A stretch of 64,000 bases of DNA. Origin: Zootoca vivipara (lineage: Eukaryota). Each line of letters opens with the position of its first letter. Position 1 is the stretch's first letter. Shown one piece after another: positions 12,901 through 37,534 of the stretch. Position numbers and translations under genes: made by a program. The DNA is taken from positions 95,294,001-95,358,000 of the forward strand of contig NC_083278.1 in assembly GCF_963506605.1 (NCBI RefSeq), written 5' to 3'. The notes beneath the pieces are model-generated. The model made no database searches. It was not told the DNA's origin and saw nothing but the letters and a program-made list of their open reading frames with translations.

Positions 12901-14516
12901 CAGGAACACGGGGAAGGGGAACAGCGAGTGACAGTAGGAATAAAGGGAGCCCTGAAGCAAATTAAACCAAGCCATAGAAGTGTCTTTATACTAAGGGTAT
13001 ATCAAGTTTCCTACTCAAACAGCTGTTTAGCCTCAGGGCCAGCTGAAACCCTAGTTGCAAGGTCAACATGACACAGCATAGAATATCTAGATCATTCCCT
13101 GGCTTCCTTGATCTCCTGAAGTAGTGAGGCAGAAATGTTTTGTCTGCAGGACCTGATGTTTGTATCCAGCAATGTCAGTGCTTAACTTACTGATATATGC
13201 CATCTGTTTCTATTTACCAAGGAGTGGGGTGGGGAGACAATGTTCATATTCCAAGTACAGAATAAAAAAAATACTTGGTGTTAATGACCACATAGTCCAA
13301 AATGCAAGCATAGCTACTTCATGGTGTTAAAAGAATACTGAGCCACAATTTTCTGTTTATTCTTATTTATTGAATTACTACCCCACACTTCCTCCCAAAG
13401 GACTCCCGGACAGCAAGCACATCAGCATTTCTCCACAGCCTTCATGAACCCGGATGCCTTGAACTACAATTCTCATCCACCTCAGTCAACGTGGCCATGC
13501 TAGCTGGAGCTGAGGGAAGCTGTATTTTTATTTATTTATTGTTATTCATCTGGAGGGCCCCAGGTCCGTGAAGGCTGTCTGGACATACAGTACTGTGTTT
13601 TAACTGTTTGTTGCATATTACCCACATCAAAAATGTACACACAATGTAGTTGAGAGGCTTGCTCTGAAGCTGGGTTTGCTTGGGTGGAAAATAAGGTTAT
13701 GAAGACAAGATCTAGCAGAGAGCACTGGGGTCAACATCAGGTTCTTTGAGGATACACAACATGAGGAACTTGAACCAACATCTGATACAATGATTGCCAT
13801 AGTAGATTCCAAGATTATAAATACATTGTGTTAAAGCTGTTCAAGTTTATACAGTAGTTATAGGAGATTCCAGAACATTCCTCCTTTCCCTGATAGGACC
13901 CAGCTCCACCGTCCATGCTTGTTGTGAAGGGTTCCCCCAAACCTCCAAAGCAGATTGGGGGGAGCACAGTGGCTGTGGGGTGAAGGGTTAAAAAATATAT
14001 CCTGCCTCGCTTTCACCCACAGCAGTGCCCAATAAGCAGAGCTCCACACCATCCCCAATGTAGATGAAATTAGGGGGGGGGGAACTAACAAGGCAAAAAT
14101 CTACCCACTTATACCTCAATGGATCACTCAGACATTGCACATTTGAGAAGGCCCAAACTTGAGAAAGTATGGATTCCACATAAGATAGTGAAAGGAAAAT
14201 GAGTCCCTAAGAGGCCGTAATGGAGACCCTCAGTAGGAAGATTTTGGACCCACTATTTTGTTGAAAGGACTTCTCCCAGTACTTGAAAGCTGGCATGTTT
14301 TAGAGATGCTGAGTTTAACTATCCAACAGGTACAGGGCCGGCCCAATACATGTTGGCATCTGAGGTGAACCACAAAATGGTGCACACCTCCCTTCTAGGG
14401 AAGAAGGGATGAGTGAAGATCTATACCCAGGAACATGGAGGGAATAAAGATCAACATAGGGATCTACTGCCCCTGTGGATTCTGCCGCCTGAAGAATTTG
14501 CTTCATCTTGCCTCAT

Positions 14517-14965
14517 CATAGCTGCCAAGTACCCCGTTTTTCCCGGGAAACCTCCGTATTTTCTTACTATTTCCCGCTGGTCTCCCGAATGGACTTATAT
14601 CCCGTAAATCCCCCAGAAAGCAGCTCCTGCTGGCAGCCATGTTTCTGGTGCCGCTCTGGCCATGTATGGGCACTGGAAATCGGGCGGTGCCGGCATCGGA
14701 AGTTGCTTCTATGCATGTCCGGAAGTGCATAGAAGCGACTTCTGACACTGCAGACATTTTGGAAATGGGCACAGTGCACCGGAAGTCACTTCTACGCACT
14801 CCCGGACATAGGTAGAAGTGACTTCTGGCGCCACGGCCATTTTGGAAATGGGTGGAGCGGCACTGGAAGTTGCTTCTACGCGTGTCCGGAAATCGCGTAG
14901 AAGCGACTTCCAGTCCCGCGCCGCTTCTGGTCCCGGATTTTTCTATCCGGAACCTGGCAGCTATG
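14517..14965. mobile_element. Non-autonomous hAT element (MITE) with internal palindrome array
   Basis: TIR CATAGCTGCCA(A/G)G...CTGGCAGCTATG; 8-bp TSD TGCCTCAT/TGCATCAT; three internal palindromes of about 60 bp. Confidence 0.88.
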
Positions 14966-16336
14966 TGCATCATGGGTGGGCCAGCCCTGAGCCAATAGAA
15001 TCCTGCCAAGTAATCAAAGGAGAGGGGTCAGGCTTCCAAGAACCCTGAATTTCAAGCCAAGTAGCTTTATATTTGTTTTTCTCAAACAGAAGCAACCTAA
15101 GCTACATAAAAAAGTGGTTATGAACTAGAGGGGAACTTCAAAATTAGTTTCAGATACATTCTGGAGGTAAAAAGAAAAATCCCACTGAGCTAGTACAACC
15201 AGCTAAGCAGTTCTATGGATCCCAGCAAGAGAACTTAAACGCCAGTTTTTCTAAGCTCATAGATTTGCCCATAGATTCCCTTGTGAATTGAAATGATGCA
15301 AAATCATCCCATATTGCTAAGTATATAAGCAATGTAGCGCCAGCTCCCCACTAACCTACAATTATTTAGATAGCAAATAAGTTTGCTCATTGAAACTATG
15401 CAGCACATTTCCTCCCTTTTTATTTTTTATGTAATCCAGAATATAATTTGCCAATGTATACCTGAAGTCCCAGGGAAGAACTTGCGCAGTCCCAACAGGG
15501 AACCATTGTTGTAGCTGCCATTAAGCCCTCATTACAAGGAACACTTGGTTTTAAAAATCCCCACAGGCATTCTGCCAGGTCAAACTTATTTGGAAGCTTT
15601 TCAGAAGGCAACTCTGCAATTTGGCAAAAGACATAAAACAGGGGATTTAGCAGGATTAAGGTTTTAAGGTTAATTCTGGAAGGAAACTAACTTATTTTAA
15701 GCTCCTAATGTCATACTAAAGGTATGGTGATTTTTTAAGGTGGCTTTTGGGGGTGTGTGTCAAAAATTGGCCTTTTAAAATTTATATAACAAGCTTAGCT
15801 GTAAAGCTATCTCTCTTATGAAAGATGTTCCAAGGGAAGAGATGGCAGAAAAGGAATGTTTCCTTCCAAAAAAAAAAAAAATATCCCCCTACATTTATGG
15901 TGGGATTCACTTAATGAACAGAAGGGCAACACCTCCCCACCAGAAAAAGTTGGCTGGGTGGGGTTGGAAACAGCAGGTGGGGGGAGGGGAGATCATTTCA
16001 CCTGCCAAGCCAATATGCTTGGGCAAACAGAACATTGTAAATAGCATAACAATTGAATTCCACCTATAGGAAATATTTTTTTTATAAAAAAAAATTGATG
16101 GGATTTCTGCAGCATGTGGAATTACAGCTATAGATAATACCTGCATGTTGGTATGTGTCATGTGACAAAGGTATTTGAGAGCAGAAGCAATAAAGGAGTC
16201 TAGAAATGTTGTGAAATGCTGAAAAGCTGCAGAATCATTTAGCGTGCTTGAATCACTGAGACTCATTTTGAGGATGACTCATTCTCTGTATAAGTACGTA
16301 TTGTAGCTGCTTGCAGGCAGACTCAGTGTCTCTCTC

Positions 16337-16431
16337 GTGTATCTGAAGAAGTGTGCATGCACACGAAAGCTCATACCAAAATATAAACTTAGTTGGTCTT
16401 TAAGGTGCTACTGAAGGAATTTTTTTGATTT
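16337..16431 (+). mobile_element. Penelope-like element pseudo-LTR fragment
   Basis: CTGAAGAAGTGTGCATGCACACGAAAGCTCATA...AAACTTAGTTGGTCTTTAAGGTGCTACTG; related copies at 20270-20397 and 22145-22200. Confidence 0.8.
16339..16376 (+). ncRNA. Minimal type I hammerhead ribozyme motif (Penelope-associated)
   Basis: Stem I GTAT/ATAC, core CTGAAGA, stem II GTGTG-CATG-CACAC, GAAA, palindromic stem III AGCT, cleavage UH = TC (16371-16372). Confidence 0.7.
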
Positions 16432-16665
16432 TTCTCTCAGTCAGTCAGCCTCAGTCTGTGTGTGTGCTCAATGGGAAACTCTGTGTATGCTCTGAAGCTA
16501 GTTTAATCTTCTGTTCACTATGCTGTTATTTGCAAACAAGTTTATTTTAACTCAGTAAAGCTTTTATTCTTTTACTGAAGAAAACTCTGTGTTATTAATT
16601 TACACTGCGCGTCAGTACGTGTCTATTATAACGAGACAGTTGGTTGCATCCTATTAAGTTCTACA

Positions 16666-16755
16666 CATAGCTGCCAAGTTCTCCCTTTTTTTAAGGGAAA
16701 TTCCATTATGCTTAATAGGCTTCCTCGCGAGAAAAGGGAAAACTTGGCAGCTATG
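16666..16755. mobile_element. 90-bp hAT MITE
   Basis: TIR CATAGCTGCCAAGTT/AACTTGGCAGCTATG; perfect TSD GTTCTACA. Confidence 0.9.
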
Positions 16756-17228
16756 GTTCTACATGGTAAAACAGCCACGGCAATTACTGGACCCAGCTAG
16801 CCATGTCCATCAATTTAAATGGGGCTATTCTGAACAAAGCTTAATTTGATACACCCAATGCATCCTTTGTGCCAAGACTAGGAAAAGCTAACCAAAACAT
16901 AACAGGATACTCCTAAATATTTAGTAAAATTACAAGCTGTCTGCCTTCATAGTTCACTAAATCTAAAAGCAGAGGTGGCTGTTATGCAACAAAAGAAAGA
17001 TGGTTTACCTGTACGTTCTACCATAAGAGGGTTCTGCACTGGCACAAACCATCCACAGAATATTCTAGAGCTTTAGTCAAGCTGCAAGAGCTTCTGCACT
17101 TACCTGACCCTTGAGAACTCCTTCCCTGCACATGCTGAATGATAGGGGAAACACATTTCCACATGGTTCCTTCAACCCAGTGATTAGAGTACTCAGAAAC
17201 ATAGACAAGACACCAGCAGCAACAAAGG

Positions 17229-17691
17229 CATAGCTGCCAAGTCTCCCGTTTTTCACAGGGAAACCCCGTATTTTAAACCGTTTCCCACTGGCAGCCCAGA
17301 TTGGAAAAAATCCCATAAATCCCCTGGATTTCCTACCTGCCAGGGAGGCTCCATTTTGGGTCCTGGCGCTGCCCGATTTCCGGTGCCCATACATGGGTAG
17401 CGCGGCACCGGAGGTCGCTTCTATGCATGTCCGGACATGCGTAGAAGCGACTTCCAGTGCCGCTCTGCCCATGCCTGGGAACTGAAAATCAGACAGAGCA
17501 GCACCGGAAGTTGCTTCTACGCATGTCCGGGCATGCATAGAAGCGACTTCCGGTGCCGCGCTACCCATGTATGAGCACCAGAAATTGGGCGCCGCCGGCA
17601 CCGGAAGTTGCTGTAGACATGTGTAGAAGCGACTTCCGGTGCCGCGCCGCTGCTGATCCCGCATTTTTCAGCGGGAGACTTGGCAGCTATG
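17229..17691. mobile_element. Non-autonomous hAT element (MITE) with internal palindrome array
   Basis: TIR CATAGCTGCCAAGTCTCCCG/CGGGAGACTTGGCAGCTATG; perfect TSD AACAAAGG; palindromes at 17403-17462, 17499-17558, 17596-17644. Confidence 0.92.
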
Positions 17692-20149
17692 AACAAAGGA
17701 AGGAAGGTTGGGTGGATGTGTAACTTATGTAGATGACCACTTGAAGAAAGCTAGTTACAGCTAAGGAGTGGCCTCCCTTCTTCATAGTCTCTGTGCAATC
17801 CAGCAGTGAAGTGAAGCCTTCATAATACTGGACCACCAGATGACTGAAGAACAGCCCTTCCAACATGGCATCGAAGCAAGATTTCAAATCCAGGTCATAA
17901 TGGTGAATAAGCATGGATCGGGTGGCCAAAATGTGATCCTTAATGAAGTTCTGTCATGGAGGCACCCCTGCATAAAGTAGCATTCTCTCTAGCAGAACAT
18001 CCCAATATTTGTGGTCATGCCAAGGGATCTAACCCCCTGCCCCAACTTGTTTCCTTGAACAAAAAAGCAGCTATCCACAGATGCCTGTTGAGAAAGCTAT
18101 CAAAAACCCTGCAGAACTGCTTGTTAATGATTTGTACATATTATTCATATGTTGTTCTCATTATAAATGATTGATACTAAAATGAAGTAACCGTGTCAAG
18201 GGCAATACTAAAAGGACAAGGCAAAGTTTTTATTGCCTTCTCACCGAAGCCATGGAAGAAGTTGCTTAGCAACTAATGACACAGCACATTGGACAGATAT
18301 CCCGTATGTCCCACTGATGGGGCCGAGAGGGACTTTAGGATCTAGTTTCGGGATCTAGTTTTGTGTTCTTTTCGTTTTTAAAAGTATTCCTGAATTAAAT
18401 CAGGAATGGGGGGACATGATTCAGCCAGTTAAAGCACTTTTACATCCCACTGATTTCCAAAGAAGGATGTACTTAACTTTTGTTCAGTGCAATCAAGTAA
18501 GACTTGAGGATCTTGTTTTAGTTAGGTCATGCATACTTTAGTTGGGTCATGCATTTTTACTTTTAAATTATAGGACACAATGTTGTGGATGAAAATAATG
18601 TTACTGAAACCATTCTCATATATTTGAGAATCAAGGGTAGCAGCATGCGTGGGCTCAAAGACAGCAAACTTTTCACTTTCCTCTTTCCTTTAAAGCAAAG
18701 AGAGATCTAAAAAGGTAACCACCATTTACTACCAAGCAAGTTGTATTCAAGTGACATGAAGGAAGAACATTTAACAGACAAAATATTTCTCCAATGGACA
18801 CACAAAAATTTCCACCAAATCAGCAAGCAGCAGAGGCTGAATATATACTTTCAAGTTTTTCCTTAACTTCACAAGAGGGCATAAAGCACAAATCTGAGGC
18901 CAGATTCATTTGCTACATGATTCAGCAGGAAAAGGCACAATATTATAAACCTGCAAACGACTCTAACCAGGTGAAGCAGTAGATAAACATTCACTTTGTG
19001 CTCTTGCAATACTTTTATTTGCCCATTACTTTTCACTAACAAACATATAGACACACAAATGAAGAATGGCTGCAAGTATGTGCCTTTGTACGGTCTGGCA
19101 ATGCTTTTTTCCACCGTTCAAACATTAAGAAAAACACAGCTGCATTTTCAAAATGCAAAGGAAAAAAATAAGGACAGATGAGGATCTGGTTTTGTAGCTC
19201 AGAAATCCAGACTCTCAAAAACAAAACAAAACAAAAACCAGGATGTTAAATATTTCCAGAAAGTATGAGCTTATGAAGCTCCCACATCTGTATTTAAACA
19301 CAAGAGGTTTCATAAACTATAATCCTTTCAAGGCCAACAGAAATGGCGAACCGAAACTACAGTATAACACATTCAAAATCTGAATTAAGTATACTGCGTG
19401 TTGTGCTGGAGGAAATTCCACTTCCTATAGAAGTGGTGGATTAAAATTTCCAATATATTTACAATAAAAAAAAGGTGTAAAATGCTCCTTTAATTCATGC
19501 TAATCTTCGAGCACGCTTTCATATAAAAGATGTGTGGATTAATTAGTTGTGCAGCTTTTAATCAGAACTTATTTGTACTTGCCACAGTACTCAAGTTCCT
19601 TTGCAGCATAGATCAGGACCTGTGCCCCCCCCCCAAAAAATGACATTGGATTCCAGTTCCCAGTAGCCCTAGGCAGTATCACCACTGGTCAGGGGCAATG
19701 GAAGTTGAAGTCCAACAGCATCTAGGAGTGCCACAGTTTTCCCCATCCCTAGTTTACATTACAGCACTATGCATACTGACTTGGAAGTAAGAACTGCTGC
19801 AGTTGTTCAATTGTGTATCCCACAGTATGTTTAGGATTGCATTTTTCCGTCTCTGCTGAAACTACACAGCTTCCACAAAGGAATGGCAGGTTGCTGGAGA
19901 TCTTAAACTGCACAACTAAAAAAATAAATAAAAGTTAAGAAACCCGCTATAAATAAGTTGCCATAAAATTAGCAAGGTGCCTTCAGCAGAGTGGACAGTA
20001 TGTGTATCTTGAGTTCATCGATAAGCAGTACTGCATGATTATGACTGCAAACACATTACTTTGAGACAGTTCTTGTTATCTATCTCTCAAGTAGCTTCTG
20101 CTTGGTCTAACTTGAAAATTATGAGTCTCTGGCACTTCTCTCTTCCATC

Positions 20150-33258
<13,109 letters not shown>

Positions 33259-33384
33259 CCTCAAGCCTGGGTCCCCCACCCCCTTCAAGCCGGCTCCCCT
33301 GAACACACCCACAGGTCACACACAGGTGATCTACTGGAGGCCTCCCCAGTGCCTTGCCCACCCAGAAAGCCTCTCCCCTCAGTC

Positions 33385-33511
33385 ACACACACCCAAACTC
33401 ACTCTCCTATCCTTTGATCCACAGATACACCACCAAAATAAAGATATACCCCCAAAACTCCTATCCTGTGCCCTAGACACCCCCAAAAACACACTCTCCT
33501 ATCCTTTGATC

Positions 33512-33551
<40 letters not shown>

Positions 33552-33690
33552 ACACAGATACACTCCCCAAAACTCCTACCCTTTGCCCCAGACACACACA
33601 CCCAAAACACACCCTCCTATCCTTTGACCCACAGATACCGACACACACACACACACAAAACACACACACACCCCTATCCCAGACACAGGC
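33385..33690. repeat. Compound minisatellite: 5-6 degenerate CTCCTATCCTTTG(A/C)(T/C)CC units interleaved with (CA)n and (GA)n
   Basis: Units near 33404, 33458, 33496, 33573, 33614 and a partial one near 33672. Confidence 0.8.
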
Positions 33691-33829
33691 AAGATTATTC
33701 CCCGCCCTCCAAGGGACTAGCCCCTTTTATTGCCTCTATTGCCCCCCCCCCCAGCCTCACACGTCAAGGTCGCCCACCCCCCACCTGTCCTGCCTCAGGT
33801 TCGCTCCCCTTCCCAGCCTCCAACACAAA

Positions 33830-34260
33830 AGAGGATTTGCGCGCGCGCCCACACGTCCCTGCCCAGCTCTCTCACTCGCTCCTTCGCCCACGTCCTTCCC
33901 CACCCAGCCCTCTTCTGTCACGAGGGGCCTCTCGCTGTTTCCCCGCCGCTGCCACCCCGCCCCGCAGCACGGAAGGGCCAGGAGGGCTAAGCAACGGACG
34001 CAGCGCCCATCCTCGCTCCGCAACGCTTTCCGCCCCTCTAGCAACTCCTCGCCGGCTTCCGCACGCGCACACGGCACTCCCCCCGCCCCCCACCTCGGCA
34101 GATACGCCGAAGCTGCTTCCGCAGCCAATGGGACGTCCGGGCTCGGGGAAAGGGGGCGGGGCTTGACCCAGCATCCATCCATCCATCCACCCGAGGCTTG
34201 TGCGCCCTCCCTAGAGCGGGGGATGCTTTTCTTCCATGTCATTGGGGGCCACGTGGAGCT
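33830..34260 (-). promoter_or_regulatory. FLVCR1 CpG-island promoter
   Basis: CpG-rich; CCAAT 34125-34129, GC box 34153-34161, CACGTG 34250-34255. Confidence 0.75.
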
Positions 34261-36283
34261 CTCTGCTAACCCCTCCCCGCGGGGATTGCTGGGATCCTCG
34301 CCTTTCTCAACCCTCAGGCCCTCGTCCGAGGCAAGAGAGGTTTCTTCCCCCACGCACCCACCCTTGCCATTCTTCATGCACCCATTCGTGCCTTGCATGT
34401 AGTGACAAAAGGATGCTACAGAGACACCCGGGCAGCTCCTGGAAATCAGAGGGTGCAGTGAGAGGGATCCAAAAACAAAATTAAAATGTCCACAGAGAAG
34501 ATGACTTATTTTTTTTATTGCAATGGGGTAGGTAGTATGTGAACTGTGCATTTGCACTGCGCTGTTTGTTTTTTCCCAGGATGGGTGGATGGAGGAAAGA
34601 AGAAAGTGTGTCATTTTAGGCGCAGGGAAACACAGGTTCAGAAGGGCCGGATTAAACGTGATGTGAGAGATCTGTGACTGCATTTTCTGGCTTTTTCTTC
34701 TCTTGGCTAGAAGCACCCTTGCTTAAAATCACGGCTCAGGCGTTTGAGGATAGGGGGGTGTCACTAACTCTGCATGAAATATGAAATATCAGGGCAGTAA
34801 TATAAAAACCCATCAAAAGCTGTACAAAACCATCGTTAACATGCCTGGGTACTCAGTAAGATGTTAAACAGCTGCAAAGGGCTTTGGGCATAAAATGTCT
34901 TCAAGAGATGTTCAAAAGTGAGGATGCCTGCTGAATATCTGCTGGTAGTATGTTCTACACAGCATAGGACCAGCCAGCCAGCGACTAAACTGAGGCCAGT
35001 CACGCCTCTGTAACATGGTGGGGGGAAATGGAATAACAGTCCTCAATCTCTGCGATTGAGCTGATCTATAAGGGCTCAGGCAGTCCCTAAGGTCTCCTGG
35101 ACCCAAATGGTTCATTGCACAAAATATACAATTTATGCCACTCATGCCTGAACCAGAAAATCATTCCTCTAAAGCTACATGTTGCCCTAGAGGGGATACT
35201 ATGCAGAGAGTTGGAAGGTAAAATAGTATCTTATCTAGTTTGTCCTTGTTTTATTGTATATCACTAGGTTCAGAGAAACCTCACACTCTTATCAATGCAA
35301 GATCTAGAGGCTTTGCAGCAACTACAAAGCCCTCTTCCTTACCAATTTTTTTTAAAGACAACAAGGTTGGACAGGTAAACAGAAGCCTTATTGCTAATTT
35401 AGTCATGATTTGTTTATTTATAAATATTTATATTCTACTGTATCGTAAAAATACATCACAGCTGCTTACAAGAATATAAAAACATAAAACCAAACAATAA
35501 CATAATGAAAGTTAAAAATAAGTTTAAAGCAAAAAGAAATTAAAAATAGACATGAATAGACCATTGTGGGGGATGAGCTCTTAATTGTCTACATAGGCCT
35601 GGCAGCACATAAAAGTTCTCAGCAAGGTTTTAAAAGCTGGCACAGAAGGCAACCGCTGGTTATTTGAATTGCCAGTTGCTAAGCATCTATGGAACTTCCT
35701 GAAGTTCTAAACAGTCTCTGTTTTTCCATCAGGAGATCTAAGTTGGGAGTCCCACTCAATCTCTTAGGAAATCCGAGCACTGCAGGGTATGTGTTGGTTA
35801 AAGGTTGAGCTGGTATAGGAGGCCTCCACCTCTAGTTCCAGCATATTGGGAAGAATATAGGAGTACTTTCTGACAATACATGTAATCTAAGAAACAATGA
35901 CCTAATCAAGATTGGCATGCTGACCATGGTTTGCCAGAGCATCCCTCCCCAGTTTTGATCTACACTTCCCATCATTCTTGGCCGCTGTCTTTGCTGGCGG
36001 GGCTGATGGGAAATGCAGTCCAAAACGTCTGGAGGGCACCAGCTGGGAAAGGCTGTTCTGGAGACCTAGGCTGCACACAAATTATCATTTCTATCATGAA
36101 TCAGCTATAAATCAAATGGTGCTTCGAAAAGGAGCATTTCCAGCACCCCTTCATGAGTTGGATGGTCAAGTACCTTTTTTAAAAGAGTTCATTTCTAGCC
36201 TACTTCACAATTTAGATGCATCATCTGTAAGAATTATTTATCCCTGAAATAGTAGATCTGTGTTTCCCATATTGTGTGATGCC

Positions 36284-36491
36284 CAGGGCTGGCTCTAGGG
36301 GTAGTCTGTGTGGCGCGGGGCGCTAGGGCGCCGGCCCGGTTGGGGGAGCGCCTCGCGGTGGAGCCGTGCAGAAACTGTACTGCACGCTGCGCCAGCCCAC
36401 CAGCCGCAGCAAGAAACGGAGCAGTGCGGGGGCTCCGGAGCAATCTCCGCACCACGGCCCCAGGGTGCCAGACATGCTTGAGACGGCCCTG
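36284..36491. mobile_element. GC-rich hAT MITE
   Basis: CAGGGCTGGCTC...GAGACGGCCCTG with perfect TSD GTGATGCC. Confidence 0.85.
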
Positions 36492-37534
36492 GTGATGCCA
36501 CCCCCTGGGGGGGTGTTAGAATTATCCAGGGGTGCAGAATTAGCCTTAGGTGCAATTGGGGGGGCATTGAATAAATATAAGGGGGCAGTGGAAGCATAAA
36601 GAAGAGATTTTTTTTAAAAAAACAACACCTGTTTGTTGTGTAATAATGCTTATTACCAGGTCGGGCATGTTGTGGGATGGCAACAACACCTCCCCTGGAT
36701 CTGGTGGTTGGGCTGTGGGTGAGGGTTTTTTCTGGGCTTGGGTGAACCCTTTTCGGCTTCCCAGGCTTGGGAAATAGATCACAGCTTGCCCATTTGGCCA
36801 ATGGTAGGCAGGCTGTGGCGACAGCCCTGCCCCTGGGGTGGATCAGACTGAGTTGGGGAATGCTGAATATATTTTTTCTTTCTGAAAAGGGGTGGTGGTA
36901 GGCCAAATAAGTTTGGAAAGCTCTGTATTAGATGATGGGTTTAACCGAAAGGTAGCCAACAAGGTGCCCTACAGGTGTTGTGGACTACAACTCCCATTGT
37001 CCCTGATCATTGATTAGGCTGCCTGGCCCTTAGGAGTCTCCTCAGGTCATGCCTCTTCCCTAAGCACACTCTCCTTGAATGTTTTTGCCTGGCTGATATG
37101 GGACCTTAAACTCATATAATGCCTCTTGCTTGCTTGAACGGAAGACAGAGAGGGGTGTGGGAGTATCATCGCTACAACCACTTTTTGCCTCTGGTCCCAC
37201 CCACCTCTAGCATGCGGCCCTCAGAAGGTTGCACACAAGGGAAGGTGGCCCCTGGACATGAGTTTCTTATCTTGTTTTAAAGCATCCTTATTATTTGATC
37301 CCAGAAACAGTAATACTGATCAGCATGGGGGCGGAGGGAGAGAGCTGGTTGTACCATCTTCTGTTGCACAACTGTATCTTAGGTTTCATTCCTATAGCAA
37401 CTGAGCAGGGCTACAGTGTCCTGCTTTCACGTGGACTAAAAGCATTTCAAGTTACTGAGGCTTGCTTGTATTTTTGCTGTGCTTTTAAAAGCAGGAATTC
37501 CTCTCGGGATAAAGAGAAGTTCCAACTGACCAAC

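Noticed and set aside
14690-17650. Repeat-spacer-repeat palindromes resembling CRISPR arrays
   Set aside because: Vertebrate DNA, no cas genes, spacers related to each other, and arrays enclosed by hAT TIRs with 8-bp TSDs.
37295-37534. 80-aa N-terminal extension of the SPATA45 ORF
   Set aside because: Starts at TTG, crosses a clear splice acceptor at 37494/37495 and shows no similarity to SPATA45.
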